64,000 nucleotides of DNA from positions 1,424 through 65,423 of the forward strand of contig JBAYJE010000003.1 in the NCBI GenBank assembly GCA_041665265.1, given 5' to 3'. The translations under genes were made by a program, and so were the position numbers. The number at the start of each line of letters is the position of its first letter. Positions within the stretch are counted from its first letter, which is position 1. Below the pieces are notes generated by a model. The model was not told the DNA's origin. It saw only the letters and a list, made by a program, of their open reading frames with translations, and ran no database searches. This document shows positions 47,876 to 58,282 of the stretch, in pieces. The DNA comes from Minisyncoccota bacterium (lineage in GTDB: Bacteria; Patescibacteriota; Minisyncoccia; UBA6257; GWB1-50-10).

Positions 47876-49201
47876 ATGGCTACTATAGAGCCCACATTAC
47901 CGGGCGGATTCAAGGATTATCTTCCCGAAGATATGATTCCGCGCCAGAAAATGCTCGACACGATTCGAAAAACGTTCGAGCTCTTTGGGTTCGTTCCGCT
48001 TGATACACCAGGTATCGAAAAAACGGAGATACTGACCGGAGGGGATCCCGAATTCAAAAAACAGATATATCGTATCGCTTCCGAAAAAGGAGATGACGAA
48101 CTCGCACTCCGCTTTGACCTTACGGTGCCCTTAGCGCGTGTTGTTGCCGCAAATGCAGGCACCATAAGACGGCCCTTCAAGCGATATCAAATGGGCAAGG
48201 TGTGGCGCGGAGAGCGACAGCAAGCAGGACGCTTTCGTGAATTCATGCAATGTGATGCGGATATCGTAGGCACAGAATCGGTAGCAGCTGATGCAGAAAT
48301 CATCGCACTTATTAATACAGTAATGCGCGCATTAGGCTTCAAACGATTTCTTATTAAAATAAATAATCGAAAAATTTTAAATTGTCTTGCAGAATATGCA
48401 AAATTTGATGACAAAAAACTTCCTGCAATATTACGTTCACTCGATAAACTCGATAAACAAGAATGGAGTGATGTAGAAAAAGAACTTATAGAAATTGGTA
48501 TCACACCAGAAGCAATAAATGCTATTAAGAATTTTATTAATGTGAAGGAAAGTAAATCTCGTGCAAAATTGACCGCATTGCGGGAACTCCTTGTAGGAAT
48601 CAAAGATGCGGAGGAGGGAATCAAAGAACTTGAAGTGATTGCATCATATCTTGATGCACTCGGTGTATCTGAAGAATCATGGACATTCGATTTCTCGGTC
48701 GCTCGTGGTCTCGGTTATTATACCGGTCCCGTGTTTGAGACAACTCTCCTCGATCTTCCAAAAATTGGTAGTGTATTCTCGGGAGGACGTTACGACGACC
48801 TTGTCGCACGCTTCGGCACAATAACCATACCTGCAACAGGAGCTTCAATTGGCATTGACCGTCTTTTTGCCGCAATGGAAAAACTAAACCTCATTAAACA
48901 AGAGAAAACAACTGCGCAAGTAATCGTGTTAAATTTTGATGAGTCATGTGCGACTAGCACATCATACACCGTCGCCACATTACGCTCTGCGAACATCCCT
49001 GCAGAATTATATTTTGGTTCAGAAAAAAATATGAAAGGACAACTCGCCTATGCGGTAAATGAGGAGATTCCTGTTACTATCATTATCGGAGGAAATGAAA
49101 AAGAGAAAGGAACTGCGATGGTGAAAGATATGAGAAAAAGAACACAGATAGAAGTTCCTCAGAAAGAGATAGTGCAAAAAATAAAAGAAATCTTACAATA
49201 G
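47876..49201 (+). CDS. hisS: Histidine--tRNA ligase
   Basis: LRFDLTVPLAR, GRFREF.QCD.D, RGLGYYTG, GGRYD. Confidence 0.96.
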   Translation: MATIEPTLPGGFKDYLPEDMIPRQKMLDTIRKTFELFGFVPLDTPGIEKTEILTGGDPEFKKQIYRIASEKGDDELALRFDLTVPLARVVAANAGTIRRPFKRYQMGKVWRGERQQAGRFREFMQCDADIVGTESVAADAEIIALINTVMRALGFKRFLIKINNRKILNCLAEYAKFDDKKLPAILRSLDKLDKQEWSDVEKELIEIGITPEAINAIKNFINVKESKSRAKLTALRELLVGIKDAEEGIKELEVIASYLDALGVSEESWTFDFSVARGLGYYTGPVFETTLLDLPKIGSVFSGGRYDDLVARFGTITIPATGASIGIDRLFAAMEKLNLIKQEKTTAQVIVLNFDESCATSTSYTVATLRSANIPAELYFGSEKNMKGQLAYAVNEEIPVTIIIGGNEKEKGTAMVKDMRKRTQIEVPQKEIVQKIKEILQ

Positions 49202-49238
49202 AATAATATGCCCCATCTAACTGATGGGGCTCGTTCAT

Positions 49239-50213
49239 ATGACACGCGGATTTTGGAAAAAACTTAAAAAACCTTTTTTTGTGCTTGCACCGATGGCTGA
49301 TGTTACCGATGCCGCATTCCGACACGTCATCGCAAAATATGGAAAGCCCGATGCAATGTGGACGGAATTTGTTTCGTGCGAAGGACTCTGCTCTCGTGGA
49401 AAAGAAAGGCTTCTTATTGATTTACGCTATGGCTCAAAAGAGCGCCCTATTGTAGCTCAATTATTTGGTTCAAACCCCGAACATATGTATGAGTGCGCAA
49501 AACTTGTTCGCTCATTAAAATTTGATGGGCTTGATATCAACATGGGGTGTCCTGACCGCGCAATTGAAAAGCAGGGGGCGGGTGCCTCACTTATAAAAAA
49601 TCCTAAACTTGCTCAGGAACTTATCCGCGCCGCAAAAGAAGGGGCAGGAACAATGCCAGTCTCAGTGAAAACTCGCATTGGTTATTTAACAAATACTCTT
49701 GAGGAGTGGCTTCCTTTACTTCTCAAGGCCGAACCAGTGGCAATAACTGTTCATGGGCGCACACGAAAAGAGATGTCTAAGGTGCCTGCGAATTGGGATA
49801 TAATCCGTGACGCAGTATTACTAACAAAAAAATACACAAGCGCCGCAAAACGCCCTCTTATTATTGGGAACGGGGATGTGAAAGATATTCGTGATGCGCG
49901 AGAAAAAATAAAACAATCGGGAGTCGATGGTGTAATGATAGGACGCGGTATTTTTGGCAACCCATGGCTTTTTAATAGGAAATTTGAAGGGAAGGAAATA
50001 TCACAAAAGAAGCGCCTCGGGGTTCTTGTAGAACATGCGAAGTATTTTGAGAAAATTTACAAAAATATAAAACGGTTTGAAATAATGAAGAAGCATTTTA
50101 AGGCCTACGCATCGGGTTTTGATGGTGCAAAAGAATTGCGCGTACACCTCATGAGTACTCGCAATGCAAAAGAAGTAGAGAAAGTGGTAACATCATATTT
50201 ATTGACAATATAA
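49239..50213 (+). CDS. tRNA-dihydrouridine synthase (DusB-like)
   Basis: LAPMADVTD, DINMGCP, VSVKTR, VHGRT, GNGD, MIGRG..GNPW. Confidence 0.92.
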   Translation: MTRGFWKKLKKPFFVLAPMADVTDAAFRHVIAKYGKPDAMWTEFVSCEGLCSRGKERLLIDLRYGSKERPIVAQLFGSNPEHMYECAKLVRSLKFDGLDINMGCPDRAIEKQGAGASLIKNPKLAQELIRAAKEGAGTMPVSVKTRIGYLTNTLEEWLPLLLKAEPVAITVHGRTRKEMSKVPANWDIIRDAVLLTKKYTSAAKRPLIIGNGDVKDIRDAREKIKQSGVDGVMIGRGIFGNPWLFNRKFEGKEISQKKRLGVLVEHAKYFEKIYKNIKRFEIMKKHFKAYASGFDGAKELRVHLMSTRNAKEVEKVVTSYLLTI

Positions 50214-50336
50214 GCATCTAATGCTACAGTAAGAATCTTAAATCGCTCATTTATAACAAGAAGCAGTTAAAGAGAAGGCACTAAACAGTTCCTCTTATTT
50301 CACAATTCATAATCATTTTTACAGATAGGGGCTTAC

Positions 50337-50603
50337 ATGGATCAGAAAGAACGTGAAAAACACTTCACGCCCAATACTCTCGTAGTATGGGACAAAAAAG
50401 TGCCACAATTTGAATCGGTCAAAAAATTTGCCCAATTGGTGGGTGATGGGCCATTTATTGTGACAAGCACAGCTGATGTGCATTCAGAAAATCAGGAAGC
50501 GGTGGGGCATCATCAGTTTGTTAAGTTCGATGTAAACGGAACAATCAAAACATTTTCGGGGGCCGTGCTTGTGCGTTATCAAGGTGCAAAAGAGCCCATA
50601 TAA
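50337..50603 (+). CDS. Hypothetical protein
   Basis: Own promoter (50202) and terminator (50619-50639). Confidence 0.65.
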   Translation: MDQKEREKHFTPNTLVVWDKKVPQFESVKKFAQLVGDGPFIVTSTADVHSENQEAVGHHQFVKFDVNGTIKTFSGAVLVRYQGAKEPI

Positions 50604-50684
50604 TTCTCTTCTATCATCAACCCCGCCACTGGCGGGGTTCATTTCTTGTTATTCTTGCAGAGAAAGGTGATACTATAAAAGCAA

Positions 50685-51386
50685 ATGCGTATACAGAAAT
50701 ACTTTTCGGAACAAAAAATACTTTCCCGCCGAGAAACCGAGGATTTTATCCTGAAGGGTTTTATTACAGTAAACGGTAAGATAGTGAAAGAGTTAGGTAC
50801 TCAAATCGACCCCACAAAAGACAAGGTGGAGATTATTGAGGCAGCAAAACCTACTCTCGGCAAAAAAATTACAATTGCGTTTCATAAGCCTCGCGGTATT
50901 GTGGTCTCAAAAATTAAAGAAGAAGGACCAACGATATTTGATCTTCTTCCTCAATTCACTTATTTAAATGCAGTAGGGCGTCTTGATAAAGAAAGTGAAG
51001 GACTTATTCTTCTTTCAAATGATGGTGCGGTAACTGCCACAGTCACAGGAACCGAACATCTCGTGGAAAAAGAATACGAAGTAGAGGTAAGTGAGCCAGT
51101 AAATGCGGGAAAATTAAGAAAGATGGAAGAAGGAGTTATGCTTGTTGATGGAAAAACGCTCCCCGCAAAAACATATCGCGTGAGCCCAACCTCGTTCCAT
51201 ATTATTTTGCGAGAAGGAAGGAAACATCAAATTCGTCGCATGTGTGCGGCACTTTACCTTACTATCAATCGCCTAAAGCGTATTCGCATAGGAACAATTC
51301 TTCTTAAAGGAATCGATTCTGGAAAATTTAGAGAATTAACTGAAAAAGAAGTGACTTCTCTTAAGAGGGGTTCGCCAGTCAAATAA
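50685..51386 (+). CDS. RsuA/RluB/RluF-family pseudouridine synthase with S4 domain
   Basis: SRRE, HKPRG, VGRLDKESEGL, EGRKHQIRRM. Confidence 0.92.
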   Translation: MRIQKYFSEQKILSRRETEDFILKGFITVNGKIVKELGTQIDPTKDKVEIIEAAKPTLGKKITIAFHKPRGIVVSKIKEEGPTIFDLLPQFTYLNAVGRLDKESEGLILLSNDGAVTATVTGTEHLVEKEYEVEVSEPVNAGKLRKMEEGVMLVDGKTLPAKTYRVSPTSFHIILREGRKHQIRRMCAALYLTINRLKRIRIGTILLKGIDSGKFRELTEKEVTSLKRGSPVK

Positions 51387-51406
51387 AAAAAATCTATACT
51401 ATATCC

Positions 51407-52240
51407 ATGAGAGGATTTGAACGAAGCGAGGAAAAAATATTCGAGCATCTCACGGTAGATCAAGGATTTAAAAAAGCAGAAAGACTTCTTTCACAAGAGG
51501 CCATTAAGCCGCGCTCATTTGCAGATTTATATGGAGAGGACTCAGTAAAGGAGGATGAATTATACGTAGAAAAAATGGAAGCGGAATTCGAACAAGGACA
51601 TTCTCCTGAAATGAGGGAAACACAGAAGCTTGCAACTATTTTTGAGGCAATTGTTCATGATAACGCGGATATGAGTGAGTGGTTTGGAAGCGATGCAGAA
51701 GCAATAAAGCCTTCGCGCTTTGATGATATTAAAAATGGAGTAGATACCATTATCGAAATTCAAGAAGATGAGCGCTCTGCATCTCATCTTGGTCTCGCAA
51801 TAGATGCAACATTCAGTCAGGATATGGAAAAGAAATTTACCCGCATTCGAAGGGAGATTGATGCCGGAGAACTCGCGAAAGTAAAATATTTTCAATCAGA
51901 ACATCTTAGTATCCGAGGAGAATTAAGCAATCTTCCACGCGTAGTTATTGGAGCTGATGCAAAAACAATTAAGGAATTGAATGAGTTGTGGCTAGAAGGA
52001 AAAAAACGTGACCTTGGGAAACACTCCGTTCAATTTCAAATCCTTGAGGAAATTGTAATGCAACTTGAAGCTTTTCGACGCTATGCCGAAGAGAAAAATA
52101 AAAAAGAATTGGCGATTATTTATGAATCAACGCGATCACTTGTTGCAGGCATTCTTTCTAAAAAACATCACGAAGTACACGACAACGGAGATCGTGATCA
52201 AATATATTACGCAATTCAAAGCAATTTAGGTGCCTTTTAA
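51407..52240 (+). CDS. Hypothetical protein, possible nuclease-like fold
   Basis: 277-aa ORF; SRFDDIKNGVD...LAIDAT acidic motif. Confidence 0.7.
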   Translation: MRGFERSEEKIFEHLTVDQGFKKAERLLSQEAIKPRSFADLYGEDSVKEDELYVEKMEAEFEQGHSPEMRETQKLATIFEAIVHDNADMSEWFGSDAEAIKPSRFDDIKNGVDTIIEIQEDERSASHLGLAIDATFSQDMEKKFTRIRREIDAGELAKVKYFQSEHLSIRGELSNLPRVVIGADAKTIKELNELWLEGKKRDLGKHSVQFQILEEIVMQLEAFRRYAEEKNKKELAIIYESTRSLVAGILSKKHHEVHDNGDRDQIYYAIQSNLGAF

Positions 52241-52262
52241 TATCCTAGATGGAGCTATTCAG

Positions 52263-53156
52263 ATGAATATGAAAAAAGGTTTTATAATTTCTTCCGTCGC
52301 AGTTCTAATAATTGCGTTTCTTTTTTCTTTAAAAACGAACACTCCCGCAGAAATAAAAGAAACCTCTCAAATACTCATTGGTGCTGGAGATATAGCTGAT
52401 TGTTCACGTGATACCGATGAAAAAACAGCGACTCTTCTCGAGCACTTTCCCTCAAGTACTGTATTTACCACAGGCGACAATGTCTATCCAGTAGGAACTA
52501 GAGATACCTACTCACAATGCTATGAACCTTCATGGGGCAAGGTAAAAGCGCGCACACGTCCATCACCAGGGAATCACGATTATGCGCAAGGAACCAATAG
52601 TTATTTTTCGTATTTTGGTGAAAACGCAGGTAAAAAAGGGGAAGGATATTATAGTTATGATCTTGGGGGATGGCATATTGTGATGCTTGATAGCGAATGT
52701 ATAAATGGATGTAACACCACTTCATCCCAATATATGTGGCTAAAAAATGACCTCGAGACTGCCCAAGCCTCATGCACGATGGCAATGTGGCATCATCCGG
52801 TATTTAGCTCTGGCATGCATGGTAATTCTGAGCGCGCACACGATCTTTGGAATCTTCTTTATAACTACGGCGCAGAAGTTGTAGTAAATGGACACGATCA
52901 TTATTACGAACGATTCGCACCTCAAAATAAAGCGGGACAAGCAGATTCTCAAGGAATCCGCGAATTTATAGTTGGTACTGGTGGAAAAGATCTTTATGCG
53001 GTTACTTCTATTCAACCGAACAGTGAGATAAGGAATGCGGAAACCTTTGGTGTTATGAAATTTGATCTTAAACCTGGGTCATACACGTGGGAATTTATTC
53101 CAATCGAAGGATCTACATTTACTGATAAAGGCGAGGGGAGTTGCTTTACGCGATAA
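52263..53156 (+). CDS. Exported calcineurin-like metallophosphoesterase
   Basis: GAGDI, GDNVY, PGNHD, WHHP, NGHDH. Confidence 0.9.
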   Translation: MNMKKGFIISSVAVLIIAFLFSLKTNTPAEIKETSQILIGAGDIADCSRDTDEKTATLLEHFPSSTVFTTGDNVYPVGTRDTYSQCYEPSWGKVKARTRPSPGNHDYAQGTNSYFSYFGENAGKKGEGYYSYDLGGWHIVMLDSECINGCNTTSSQYMWLKNDLETAQASCTMAMWHHPVFSSGMHGNSERAHDLWNLLYNYGAEVVVNGHDHYYERFAPQNKAGQADSQGIREFIVGTGGKDLYAVTSIQPNSEIRNAETFGVMKFDLKPGSYTWEFIPIEGSTFTDKGEGSCFTR

Positions 53157-53259
53157 CTATTACCGATATCGACTACATAATTTTATAAAAAGACCCACAA
53201 AATCCCCATCTGAATAGGGACTGGTAATTTTTCAAAATATCTGTTATAGTAGGCCTGCT

Positions 53260-54624
53260 ATGATAAATGCAGATAAAAATTTTTCAGGACTCGGTATTTC
53301 TCCAGACATTCTCGGTGTTCTTGAGAAGCTTAATTTTAAGATTCCTACTCCAATTCAGGAGCAATCTATTCCTATCGCGATAGAAGGAAAGGATGTTATG
53401 GGAATTGCACAAACTGGAACGGGCAAAACTCTTGCGTTTGGTATCCCTATGTTACAACGCGTTATTATCGAGAAAAAACTCGGTCTTATTGTTGTTCCTA
53501 CACGTGAACTTGCACTTCAAGTAAGTGAGGCACTCGATGCGGTAGGTAGCCCACTCGGTATTAAAACTGCGACGATTATTGGTGGTGAGCCAATGCCGCG
53601 TCAATTACGCGCGCTTTCAAGACACCCTCACATAGTTATTGGAACTCCCGGACGCATTATCGATCATATTGAACGCAGAACGCTTGATCTTCGCAATGTG
53701 GGCATTCTTATCTTGGATGAGGCTGATCGTATGCTTGATATGGGATTTGAACCACAGTTAAAGCAGATTCTTTCTGTTATTCCTCACGAACGACAAACAA
53801 TGCTCTTCTCAGCAACCATGCCTGATGAAATTATGAGCATTGCCCGTACTCACATGAAGCTTCCAATTCGCATCGAAATTGCACGCGCAGGAAGCACCGC
53901 GAAAGATGTGACTCATGAACTTTTCATTGTGGCGCAAGAAGATAAATCACGCCTCTTAGAAAAACTTCTCCAAGAATACCGTGGTTCAGTTCTCGTTTTT
54001 TCTCGTACAAAGCACAGCGCAAAACGCATTGCGGCTATTGTCCGCTTTATTGGACACACCGGTGCAGAAATTCACTCAAATCGTTCGCTCGCACAGCGTC
54101 GTGACGCTCTTGAAGGCTTCAAACAAGGACGCTATCGCGTACTCGTCGCAACTGATATTGCAGCGCGTGGTATTGATGTTACTAATATTGAACTCGTTAT
54201 TAACTATGATCTCCCTGAGAATGCGGAAGATTACGTGCATCGCATTGGACGCACAGGACGCGCAGGATTAAGTGGACACGCTATCTCATTTGCACGACCA
54301 AACCAAAGTGGTGATGTGCGCGCCATCGAACGCCTTATCCGTTCTTCACTTCCTGTTTCAAAACTCCCAGAATTACCACGAGTACTTCCTGCATCGCGAA
54401 CTGGTATTCCGCCAGAGCGCGAGGAACGCCGTGGACGTTCAGGAGGATTTTCACGGTCAGGTGGTGGTCGCTCACATTCCTCATCTTCATCACGCAGACC
54501 ATTTTCCTCACATTCTCCGTCATCTCGTCCATCATCACCCGCATCCTCTTCATCAGAAGCAGGTAAAACAAAACCACGATTCAGAAATCGAGGTCCACGC
54601 CCAATGCGTTCATTCGGACGTTAA
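53260..54624 (+). CDS. DEAD-box RNA helicase (RhlE-like)
   Basis: AQTGTGKT, PTRELA, DEAD, SAT, ARGID, HRIGRTGR; Ser/Arg-rich tail. Confidence 0.95.
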   Translation: MINADKNFSGLGISPDILGVLEKLNFKIPTPIQEQSIPIAIEGKDVMGIAQTGTGKTLAFGIPMLQRVIIEKKLGLIVVPTRELALQVSEALDAVGSPLGIKTATIIGGEPMPRQLRALSRHPHIVIGTPGRIIDHIERRTLDLRNVGILILDEADRMLDMGFEPQLKQILSVIPHERQTMLFSATMPDEIMSIARTHMKLPIRIEIARAGSTAKDVTHELFIVAQEDKSRLLEKLLQEYRGSVLVFSRTKHSAKRIAAIVRFIGHTGAEIHSNRSLAQRRDALEGFKQGRYRVLVATDIAARGIDVTNIELVINYDLPENAEDYVHRIGRTGRAGLSGHAISFARPNQSGDVRAIERLIRSSLPVSKLPELPRVLPASRTGIPPEREERRGRSGGFSRSGGGRSHSSSSSRRPFSSHSPSSRPSSPASSSSEAGKTKPRFRNRGPRPMRSFGR

Positions 54625-54646
54625 TAATAAAAACTTAAAAAACTAT

Positions 54647-54678
54647 AAAAATCCCTGATATCACATCAGGGATTTTTT
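54647..54678. terminator. Bidirectional terminator
   Basis: AAAAATCCCTGAT-ATCAC-ATCAGGGATTTTTT between convergent genes. Confidence 0.8.
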
Positions 54679-54700
54679 ATATTCTTGTAAACAATGTAAT

Positions 54701-56164
54701 TTAAAGTTTGATACTTTTTTCGAGATCGAATGTCTCGTCAATACGAATCTGAGTAATAAACTCGGGTACGTGACTTACGAGTATCATGGCTCCATCATAC
54801 TTATTAAGTGCTGCCGCAATAATAGGAAGATGACGGAAGTTGATGTGGTTTGTTGGTTCATCAAGAATAAGCAATCCTGGGCGCTGCAATACAAGCCGGG
54901 CAAATGCCACAAGGCCTTTTTGCCCCTCTGATAGGCTTCCAATCTTCTTCCTCATGACTTCTTCATCAATCAAAAATCCTGCCGCAATAGAGCGGAGATG
55001 ATCTTCTGTCATATTTTCCGTTACCGAAACAAGTGATTGATACACAGTATCTTCGAAATTAAGCGTTGAGAAATCCTGGCGATAATATCCTACACGAACA
55101 CCTTCAGTAATAGTGGCACCTTTATGATGCTCGCTCGCAAGTGATTCGAGTAAGGTGCTCTTCCCGATACCATTCGGGCCCACAAGGAGAAGATGTTGAT
55201 TTTTCTTTAATGATATTTTTGCTTTATGAACGGTTGGTTTATGATTTTGAAACACAGAATACGATGAGATGTGAATAATCTCTCCTGTCATATCTTCCTG
55301 TGAGGGGATTATAAACGGACGAATCGTTTTATCCTCCTTCCGCACATCAACCATTGCTTCCTGCATCTCCTCAGCTTTCTCCCGCATCTTCTTTGCTACC
55401 AAACGCATCTGCCCTCCTTTGTGCGCAAAGAAGTTTGCCTTATCCTTGTTTGCTTGAATTTCTTTTGCAAGAAGTGCGTTTTTTCTATTTTCTCGCTCAA
55501 CACGGGCGGTAATCTGAGTTACTACATCAAGATAGTTACCCATGTACTGTTCAACTTTCTTTGTATAAATATCGAGATAAAGAACTCCTTGAGTAAAAGC
55601 ATTTAAGAAGTCAGCATCGTGAGAAATAACAATGCACGTCTTCTTATAATCAATAAGGAACTTGGTAAGATGAGCGATGCCCGCCTTATCAAGATTATTG
55701 GTAGGTTCATCAAGAAGAAGAAGATCGGGATTCTGGATAAGCGCAGAAGCAAGAAGAAGGCGAGCCTGTTGACCGCCAGAAAACGATTTCATAATTCGAT
55801 CATGGGGCGCCTGAAGATTTACCACATCAAGAACTTCGTCAATAAGAGGATCAATATTATAAACCTTCTTATCAAAACATTTTTCAAAAAATTCTCGCAC
55901 CGTAAGTTGCATGTCGGCTCGAGGAATAACCTGAAGAGCTGTTGCAATTGTGAGTCCCTTTGCTTTATGAATTGCTCCCATTTCTGGCTGAAGTGCGCCA
56001 GTGATAAGTTGAAAAATAGTACTTTTTCCAGCACCATTCTGACCCATAAGAGTGAACTTCCATCCGTCTCGCAACGAAAAACTTGCCTCGTTTAAAATGG
56101 GGGTTTGGTGACCAAAATCGAAGGAAACTCCATCGAATCTTAAGATAACTTCATTTCTCGCCAT
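54701..56164 (-). CDS. ABC-F family ATPase
   Basis: Two ABC domains (GQNGAGKS, FSGGQ, LDEPTN; GPNGIGKS, LSEGQ, LDEPTNH), no TM; probable start MARNEV at 56164. Confidence 0.9.
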   Translation of the reverse strand: MARNEVILRFDGVSFDFGHQTPILNEASFSLRDGWKFTLMGQNGAGKSTIFQLITGALQPEMGAIHKAKGLTIATALQVIPRADMQLTVREFFEKCFDKKVYNIDPLIDEVLDVVNLQAPHDRIMKSFSGGQQARLLLASALIQNPDLLLLDEPTNNLDKAGIAHLTKFLIDYKKTCIVISHDADFLNAFTQGVLYLDIYTKKVEQYMGNYLDVVTQITARVERENRKNALLAKEIQANKDKANFFAHKGGQMRLVAKKMREKAEEMQEAMVDVRKEDKTIRPFIIPSQEDMTGEIIHISSYSVFQNHKPTVHKAKISLKKNQHLLLVGPNGIGKSTLLESLASEHHKGATITEGVRVGYYRQDFSTLNFEDTVYQSLVSVTENMTEDHLRSIAAGFLIDEEVMRKKIGSLSEGQKGLVAFARLVLQRPGLLILDEPTNHINFRHLPIIAAALNKYDGAMILVSHVPEFITQIRIDETFDLEKSIKL

Positions 56165-56266
56165 AGGAGTTATAGAATACATTATTTCACTGAATTTGGG
56201 AAGAGCTGGCAAGAAGAGAGACCAAAAAATATTAGATTGAGAAATATTGTATAATAATAAAAATAC

Positions 56267-56734
56267 ATGATTGTAGAAAAAGCGACTGAAAAAATAAAAA
56301 AAGAGGCGAAGGAATATCTTCAAAGTGAAAAGCTTGCGGTGGTATCGACAGTTTCTTCAGAAGGGAAACCTCAATCGGCAACCGTTTTATACCTTCTTGA
56401 CGATGAATTCAATTTTTTCTTTGTCACTCGTAGCGACACAAAGAAAGTGGAAAATCTTTTAACAAATAATGATGTATCTATTGTAGTAGGGGCGCAAATG
56501 GGACCCGTTACCATGCAAATGAGTGGTGTTGCAACACTCCTGTCATCTACCGAGCAAAAAGAATTTGTATATAAACTTTCTAAGAACACGGAGCTAAAAC
56601 AACTCTATTATGGACCCTTCCTAAACCTAGAGGGGATTAATTTCTCTCTTTATCGAGTTGCAATTACATGGGCACGTTGGTTAAAAATTGATATAGAAAA
56701 AAAGAAAGAAGTGTATTATCAAATCATTCCTTAA
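56267..56734 (+). CDS. Pyridoxamine 5'-phosphate oxidase-family (split barrel) protein
   Basis: AVVSTVSSEGKPQSA, FFFVT...KKVENL..N..VSI. Confidence 0.8.
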   Translation: MIVEKATEKIKKEAKEYLQSEKLAVVSTVSSEGKPQSATVLYLLDDEFNFFFVTRSDTKKVENLLTNNDVSIVVGAQMGPVTMQMSGVATLLSSTEQKEFVYKLSKNTELKQLYYGPFLNLEGINFSLYRVAITWARWLKIDIEKKKEVYYQIIP

Positions 56735-56794
56735 AAAGTAGTTCTAGTACGCAGATAATGCGTACTTTTTTTACTTAGTGGTAGAATAATCTCG

Positions 56795-57376
56795 ATGCAT
56801 ACAGATGAGCAGCTCGTGCAAGCATATTTAAACGGCGATGCAGAAGCATTTTCTCTCCTCGTTGAACGATATACAAACCATATTTATAACTTTGTTCGAC
56901 GTTTTATTACACAAAAGAACGATGCAGAAGATATAACTCAGGAGGTATTCGTGAAGGTTTGGAAACATCTCCCTTCATTTAATACTACAAAGTCATTCAA
57001 GGTATGGCTTTTTACTATCGCAAAAAATGCCTCATTTGATTATGCACGAAGAAAATATGAGACAGTGTTTTCTGATATCGAGGATGTGCATGATGAACAT
57101 TGGGTAGAAGAATCAATTGAAGATGTAGCATCACTTCCCACAACACTCTTTGAAAAAAAAGAGGTGAGCGAATTTATATCCCGAGCACTTCAAACACTTT
57201 TAATACATGAGCGAACCGTCCTTCTTCTTCATTATGAAAATGAACTCACCTTTGAGGAGATAGCAGAAATCCTTAAAAAGCCGATGAATTCAGTAAAAAG
57301 CACGCATTTCCGCGCAATTAAAAAGCTGCAATCTTCTCTTGTGCACCAAAATAACAATGAGAAGCGTATTAAGTAA
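56795..57376 (+). CDS. ECF RNA polymerase sigma factor
   Basis: DAEDITQEVFVKVW, FKVWLFTIAKN, EEIAEIL..P..SVKS..FRA. Confidence 0.92.
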   Translation: MHTDEQLVQAYLNGDAEAFSLLVERYTNHIYNFVRRFITQKNDAEDITQEVFVKVWKHLPSFNTTKSFKVWLFTIAKNASFDYARRKYETVFSDIEDVHDEHWVEESIEDVASLPTTLFEKKEVSEFISRALQTLLIHERTVLLLHYENELTFEEIAEILKKPMNSVKSTHFRAIKKLQSSLVHQNNNEKRIK

Positions 57377-57377
57377 T

Positions 57378-57791
57378 ATGGAGCGCGAATACGAAAAACT
57401 TTTTGCCCAGGTAGATCATCAACTTCCTTCGGAAGGATTGGTCGAGCGCATCGTTGCAACAATTGCTCAAAAGGATAAAAAGCGGGCACAAATAAGATTT
57501 ATCTACAGTACTACTATACTTGCCGCATCAGTAATAGCATTTGTTCCTGCTATTCAATATTTAGGAAGTGAAGCTACGCAATCAGGGTTTTTTCAATATA
57601 TTTCACTTATGTTTTCTGACGGAGCACTCCTTGCTACATTTTGGAAAGAATTTAGTTTTTCCCTTGCAGAATCATTCCCGGTATTTGGAACACTCGCCAC
57701 ATTCTCTACCGGTTTCGCATTTCTTTTTGCATTACGAAATATGATTCCTACCTATATAATAAGTCCAAAAATAAAACACCAATTTAATTAA
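57378..57791 (+). CDS. Putative anti-sigma membrane protein
   Basis: Directly after the ECF sigma; short cytoplasmic N-terminus and TM helices. Confidence 0.6.
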   Translation: MEREYEKLFAQVDHQLPSEGLVERIVATIAQKDKKRAQIRFIYSTTILAASVIAFVPAIQYLGSEATQSGFFQYISLMFSDGALLATFWKEFSFSLAESFPVFGTLATFSTGFAFLFALRNMIPTYIISPKIKHQFN

Positions 57792-57795
57792 TACT

Positions 57796-58281
57796 ATGGA
57801 TATAACAAAATGCATTCAGTCAAAAAAGTTTAAGGCTGTGCTCTCGATTGTGGGTATTTTTATCGTGGCTATTCTCATATTCCAAGCTGGCATGTTTATT
57901 GGCTATAAAAAAGCTGCATTCTCCTATGGCTGGGGAGAGCGCTATTACAAGGCATTCGGTGGTCCACGAGGAATGCCCATGATGCAACAATTTCCACGAG
58001 GAGGATTCCCTGATGCCCATGGTGCCTCAGGACGGATACTTCAATTATCACTTCCTACATTCGTGATAGAGGGACGTGATGGTATCGAAAAAGTTGTTGT
58101 AATAAAAGATGATACGATTGTGCGACGTTTTCGAGAAACAATACAAGCCACCGAACTTAAAGTAGGGGATTCTCTCGTAGTAATTGGTGCGCCAAACGAA
58201 CAATCTCAAGTTGAAGCAAAACTTATTCGTTTACTTCCTTCTGATGAAATGAGAGAAATTGAAACACTGAAATCAAGATAA
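57796..58281 (+). CDS. Membrane-anchored OB-fold-like protein (DUF5666-like)
   Basis: TM helix then HGASGRI...LKVGDSLVVIG...EAKLIR. Confidence 0.6.
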   Translation: MDITKCIQSKKFKAVLSIVGIFIVAILIFQAGMFIGYKKAAFSYGWGERYYKAFGGPRGMPMMQQFPRGGFPDAHGASGRILQLSLPTFVIEGRDGIEKVVVIKDDTIVRRFRETIQATELKVGDSLVVIGAPNEQSQVEAKLIRLLPSDEMREIETLKSR

Positions 58282-58282
58282 T

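Noticed and set aside
54420-54624. TCA/TCC-rich low-complexity tract
   Set aside because: Ordinary disordered Ser/Arg tail of a DEAD-box helicase
56165-56323. N-terminal 53-aa extension of the ABC-F ORF
   Set aside because: Overlaps the divergent gene and intergenic promoters; homology-like sequence starts at MARNEV (56164)
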